Shown here piece after piece: positions 58,025-64,000 of a stretch of DNA of 64,000 nucleotides. The stretch covers positions 116,312,001-116,376,000 of the forward strand of contig OX597820.1 of assembly GCA_951406725.2 (NCBI GenBank). The letters are read 5' to 3'. This DNA comes from Octopus vulgaris (lineage: Eukaryota). The position numbers were made by a program, and so were the translations under genes. Numbering within the stretch: the first letter of the stretch is position 1; every line of letters begins with the position of its first letter. The notes below the pieces were generated by a model, which searched no databases, was not told the DNA's origin, and saw nothing but the letters and a program-made list of their open reading frames with translations.

Positions 58025-58680
58025 CTGTTGAGAATACATTTGTCAATGCCATTTGTTGGAATCAGGCGCTGTTATATATTTTCTGTTCATTGGTTCTTAT
58101 GTCGATGGACACGAATACGTAAATCCGGATAAAAATTAAACAGAATCGCAATACGGTCATGTAAACCCAAGTGATAGCCAATGCATTGTAGGAAGCCGAG
58201 TATTGGTGGTCGCTGTGGGTCGTTTTTGCGGTACAAACAGAATCCCTGACTGATCGCCGGCCATAAATAAGCGTAACATGGTTCACAGTTGAGCGTATTG
58301 TATTATCTCGGATCAGTGATAAATAAATGAACGATAAACCAGGTTTCTGGTACAGTAAATTTTAGTTTTATAATAATTATTGTTCAGCCTTAGGTCAGCC
58401 CTGATTGACAATATCTAGGATCAAAGTTGTCCTGTCTATTAACATCTCACCTCTTCAGGTCTAATGCATCTAAAACTACGTTATCCAAGTTACCTTTCCT
58501 TTCAAAGATATAGGACGTGAATTGTGAGAAATTGACAGCTATTTCTAGCAGGTTGAGCGACTGAGAAGCTCCAATGTTGTACAATGTAATGTGATGTATG
58601 CTTGCATGTATGCGTGTATGTTGAGCCTGTGCGTATATGTTTGTATATACTTAGGTATGTGAATGTATTTATGTCTTATG

Positions 58681-58770
<90 letters not shown>

Positions 58771-58947
58771 CGGCGGTGCATCAGCATGGCCGCAGCTCTG
58801 AGCTGAAACTAGAAAAAAATATGTACATATATAATTCATACATATAAAATACTTCATCCATACTTGTTAGTCCGACAAATATGTAGATTAAATATTATGG
58901 ATAAAATAGCTTATCCACAGTCAGAATTAACTTGTTGCCCCTGGTAT

Positions 58948-59252
58948 ATAACAAAACAGGAAATTGGAAAAATATTTGGTATCAATAATTTACCATTCCA
59001 TATGTTTCATTTGCTAATATGAGTTAAAAAGTTTTACATGTAACATAGACATGTGAGGAATTTCCAATGAGAAACTCTTCAGACAGAGAATCGAATGATA
59101 TTATTCGATCATCTGTCTCAAGAGTTTCTTTTAGAAGATCTCTTACATGTTTATCTAACATGTAAAACCTTGTAATTCCTATTAGCTAAAGAAACATGTG
59201 TAATGGTGAATAAATAATGCTAAATATTTTTTCCAATTTCTTGTTTTGTTAT
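58948..59252. repeat. Diverged spacer-less palindrome, ~150-bp arms
   Basis: Arms align as reverse complements over their whole length; centre at ~59100. Confidence 0.88.
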
Positions 59253-59310
59253 GCAATAGCTCTGCAAAAAATATTTCCAGAATTTTCAACTCTACAACGA
59301 CAGCAACTAC

Positions 59311-59612
59311 ATTGTTCCTTCTCGAGCCATCCCTGGATCATAAGGGCCTGTTTCCCGGTTTCCTTGGCGTATAGGTTCCCCACCTGGACGGGACGCCGGT
59401 CCGTCGCAGGTGAGCTGCAAGATGCAGGAGGAAAGAGTGAGAGAAAGTTGTGGCGAAAGAGTCAGCAGAAGTTCGCCATTACCTTCTGCCGGAGCCGCGT
59501 GGAGCTTAGGTGTTTTCGCTCATAAACACACACATCGCCCGGTCTGCGATTCGAACCCGCGATCCCTCGACCGCGTGTCCGCTGCTCTAACTACTAGGCC
59601 ATGTGCCTCTAC
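59311..59612 (-). mobile_element. SINE with a family-C-like head and a third tail type
   Basis: Minus head GAGGCACATGGCCTAGTAGTTAG..GGTTCGAATC. Confidence 0.85.
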
Positions 59613-60149
59613 ACAGCAATTACATGCGGCTTAATAAGCAGATGTGCTTCAAGAGAAAACAGCTAAGATTTACCCTACCTACCTACTTAATATACATATA
59701 TATATATGTTTTTATATATAATTTTTTTACGTATAGTTGTAATATATATTGTTTATTATAGATGATAGAAGATAGGTGGGCAAAAATGAAAAAAGTCTGT
59801 AAAAAACAAAGTAAATAAATAAATATACGAGAGAAAGCATAACCGAAGCAAAACAGGCCAACAAGCAATTTCAGGAAGTTCAGTAAAGAATAGAAAATTA
59901 CCTACCAAAGTGAGCTAGTGATAGATCATGTCTGATGTACAAGTCTCCAGGGATAAATAATTGCACAAGATAAGTATAGGATAAAGAGGCTTACGCATAG
60001 AGAGGGCCTTATCGCAGAAGACTTATAACCTGAAAGAACCATTAATAACATTTATTACACAAATATCGAACTTTGGTTTAGAAGTTAATAAATAAGACAT
60101 GTTGATCATATTATCGATATGGTTAAAAGGATTTAAGGGTTGGTGATGA

Positions 60150-61400
60150 TTCAAAACGGTTTGGAAAGGGTTAATCAACCTAATCCTGAGCTGATACCGC
60201 CGTACATTGAAGTGACACAGCCTCTAAAAACAAAATTGAAACTGACTTAACTGAGGGCAGTGGCCAAGTACGAATTGTCGAATTTACTGAGAACTTTCAT
60301 CGTGGCATCAACGACTAATGGTAACCTCTTTCCTTGTGAGCATTTTGGACAAAATCATAAACTCTACATTCAGCAGAGTTATGAGAGAAATTTTCGATGA
60401 TGACAGCCTTGGGATCTGTGTAACCGATTCACGGAAATTGATGATGTTCGAAGCTATGTTTATCTAAACCATCTTGAGGACACATACTTATACAATTGGC
60501 TCTAAGCACTCATAAGATCTAGCTGTCCATGTCCATAGTGACACATTTGGAAAATCTAGTCAGTGCCTGTCAGAGAGCTGGAACTGTCTGCGGTTTTTAC
60601 AACACCCCTTCTATGTGGTCAATTTCTGCGCAATCCCTGTCTGCCGATGCGATAGCATTTTCGTTGCTTGATGGCGGAACGTTACCAAGAATGCTTCTAG
60701 ACGCTTAAAGTCTGTCCACTCTGTCCAAGGCAGGGCATAAACGGCCACTGTCCAAAAGCACCACCATTACTGCTGCATAGATTCAAAGTCACCAATTCAC
60801 TATCCAAATCCTAGAGGATCATCCTGATCTGAAGACCCAAATCCTCTTAAAACAACATTGCCATTAATCACGATCCGGATTGACCGAAACACGCGTACAC
60901 CTCGGAGTCCTCGAGGAGTGCGAATATGAGTGTCCCAGAAATCCTGTGTTTTGGGTGATGGCTACCCAATTTAAATTTACTGTCATGAGGTCATTAACAC
61001 ATGTGATCTTGCTTCCGGGCAATTTCCAGCACATGCGCATTGAAGTAAGTGCATGATATTTGTAAGAACGGTCGTGTAATTCAAGATGTTTTTTAGTGGC
61101 TGTCCTTGGTTTTGGTGTTTAACGGATTTTGCTGATGGTTGTGATGACGGTTGTCTCTGCAGTGGTGATTCTGATGATGGCGTTGGCGATGTTGACGTGT
61201 CGTTGTTTGAAGGTTTTTCTTACGTCCGTTTCTGCGTCCTTGCTGTTTTCGTCAGCGCGTCTTTCTCTCACTTTTCCTTTGTTCCGACGGCAATAGTAGC
61301 AGAGGCGCCAGTGTTGCCTTCACACGAATTTCCATTCGCGCTGTTTCTTTTGTCGTCGTTGTTGCTATTGTTGTTCATACATTCTCTGTTAACAGGTAGT
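60150..61400 (-). mobile_element. Decayed L1/Tx1-like LINE remnant
   Basis: IENF.ITLLNVEFMILSKMLT..RL near 60320-60400 matches the L1/Tx1 RPITLLNxDYKILxK motif; extent uncertain. Confidence 0.55.
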
Positions 61401-61648
61401 GGTGAGAAATTGGGAATGTATTGGATGTTGGAACAGCTAACAGCACTCCCTTCTTGGATTTGCGAAGCTATAATGTAATTTTTTCAAAAAATTGTAATTT
61501 CGCTACCAAAAAGTTTCAAAACTCGCCCCGGAGGCGCGGAAATTTCACAAGGCCAACCAGCCTCAAATGGATGCATGTTGGTTTCATCAGTAAACGGCAA
61601 ATTACTTTCTTCAAAACAACATACGAGCTCCAAAACGAAGTCTTTCTC

Positions 61649-61705
<57 letters not shown>

Positions 61706-61716
61706 TAATAATAATA

Positions 61717-62350
61717 ATCCTTTCTACTAAAGGCACAAGGCCTGAAATTTTGTGTCAGGGGACTAGTCGATTACATCGACCCCAATGTTTCACTGATACT
61801 TTATTTATCGACCCCGAAATGATGAAAAGCAAAGTCAACCTCAATAATAGTAATAATAAAGATGATAATAATTTGCGCTATTAGCCACAAGGGCCTAACA
61901 GGTTAAAAACAACACAAAGACATACTACATGTAATAATATAATTAATACTATCCTTCTATTAAGGAGGTGAGCTGGCAGAAACGTTAGCACGCCGGGTGA
62001 AATGCATAGCGGTATTTCGTCTGTCTTTACATTCTGAGTTCAAATTCCGCCGAGGTCGACTTTGCTTTTCATCCTATGGGGGTCGATTAAATAAGTACCA
62101 GTTACGCACTGGGGTCGATATAATCGACTTGATCCGTTTGTCTGTCCTTGTTTGTCCTCTCTGTGTTTAGCCCCTTGTGGGTAGTAAAGAAATAGGTATT
62201 TCGTCTGTCTTTACATTCTGAATTCAAATTCCGTCGAGGTCGACTTTGCCTTTCATCCTTTCGCAGTCGATTAAATAAGTACCAGTTGCCTACTGGGGTT
62301 GATCTAATCGAATGACCCGTTCCTCCAAAATTTCAGACCTTGTGTCTTCA
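61717..62350. mobile_element. Family A SINEs: 3' fragment (-) at 61717-61843 and dimer (+) at 61962-62350
   Basis: Core motif matches. Confidence 0.88.
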
Positions 62351-62471
62351 GAGTCGAATATTATCCTTCTATCCACTGCGTCTGCTTTACTTTTTTAGTA
62401 TATATATACTTCTTGAAATGATTTCGACATTGAATTCCTGAAACATTCTCTGCACGCACACACGCACACAC

Positions 62472-62567
<96 letters not shown>

Positions 62568-63729
62568 GCGCGCACACACACACACACCATGACTAAATCC
62601 AACGTATTTGTTTGCATTAACGAACAAGATCTGAAGAGCCTAAAAGTTATGAAAAGGAAAATTAGAATTCGTAACATTCATCCTCTGACCCTGGTGCTGT
62701 TAGAGCGGATGGATGTAAACTGAAATAACTTCTACCCGTAATTGAAAATGCTTCACAAATTCGACTGAGCTTGAGTTTATCTTCATTTACTTTCTGCTCT
62801 TCGACTCGCATCTCAATTAATGCTTCAAATTTTTACAAATGCATAAGATATGATCAATCCAAGTCCTTGAATGATATTATCGTATCTAACCAGGAAGAAC
62901 ACAAGGAAAAGTTGACCTCGACCAGATCTGAGCTCAGAACAACATATTTTGTCTAACGATCTAACAAGTCTGCCAGTCTGTCGCACTTCAAAGGTCTTAT
63001 ATCTTTATAACATTATACATCCAGTAGACGAGCATAACTAGAGGGAACAAGATCTTGAAATGGTCCATAGTGAGTCTTCTCAAAGTTGGGAAGGTAAGAA
63101 TATAGACTGAAGAATTTCGCCATGTGATGCTACCGTGAATGAATGGCATATGTGGATAAGATATCACATTACATAGTCAGGAAATGTGAACCGATGTAGG
63201 AACCTCTCTGTAGTTTCCCGATCTGCAAGAAATAGCTACCAAATATCTCTCGTTCCAAAACGCAAGAACACATCGGGCGATGGAGTCATGGCCGAAAAGC
63301 CTTTAGTCATGGCAATTATCAACCAAGGCTGTCCTCGGTTAAACAACAACGGTAAACCCGATTGAAACCAGTTATAGATATTTTGTTGTCTTTCTAAAAC
63401 CAGACATTATATTTTACGTGCTCTATTTCCTATTATTGTTACAAATGGATGCTAGATTTTCTGAGGAGGTGTCAGTAGGGGTATTTACCTATTTGTACAT
63501 ACTCATGGCCACAGTGTCAAGCAGCTGTCTCTATTTAGGGAAGTAGCTATTAACGGAGGTAGCTGTTGACGGAAAATCAACCTGAATATATCCCGACTAA
63601 ACACACCGGAATGGTTTCATCAGCCAAGAACAGGAACAGTCTGATTGACTTTCTCATATTTTCCATTAAGCCCTAGGTCAACTCCATGTTATGGTAGGAA
63701 TTATTTGTTTAAAGTATCGTGTAGTGGGA

Positions 63730-63790
63730 TCGAATACGAAACTACGTGGTCGAATACGAAACTACGTGATTGAATACGAAACCACATGAC
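63730..63790. repeat. 20-bp tandem repeat x3
   Basis: Unit TCGAATACGAAACTACGTGG with variants. Confidence 0.85.
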
Positions 63791-64000
63791 TGTGAAGGAA
63801 ACCTATGATAAATCACTCAATGCTAGTTTGCACAGAACGGTACTGACCGAATATTGCGACCAATAAATAACATCGTTTCAACCAGAACTAACCAGAGTGA
63901 CACAACAACCAGTCTGAAGAAGAAAAAGTATTGGAAAAAAAATGAGGGACAAACTGTGCGAAAAAATCAGAATTCTTTAAGGTAAAATTTAAATGTATTT

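Noticed and set aside
61086-61478. 130-aa plus-strand ORF
   Set aside because: Antisense to a stop-containing low-complexity frame next to a decayed LINE; no splice support.

Overview
AT-rich, repeat-saturated animal genomic DNA with no prokaryotic features. The SINE families and microsatellite load resemble Octopus (inferred, not verified). Most of the window is microsatellite (including a ~4.3 kb (TTA)n tract), tRNA-headed SINEs, and decayed transposons: mariner/maT, Helitron, piggyBac-type MITE, RTE, CR1, R4/Dong-like, HERO-like, L1/Tx1 and Penelope-like. The long ORFs in the track are microsatellite artefacts. The only convincing host coding sequence is a minus-strand terminal exon encoding a single transmembrane helix and a short tail (47621-47775), with a phase-compatible candidate upstream exon at ~58.0 kb. 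The most notable signal is a set of hammerhead-ribozyme-like motifs in (TA)n-associated, probably Penelope-derived elements. Several are ordinary type I motifs or core variants. Four copies from two unrelated sequence families have the three catalytic strands in non-circularly permuted order, and two of these begin at the predicted cleavage site. All coordinates and pairings were read by eye; repeat boundaries are approximate.
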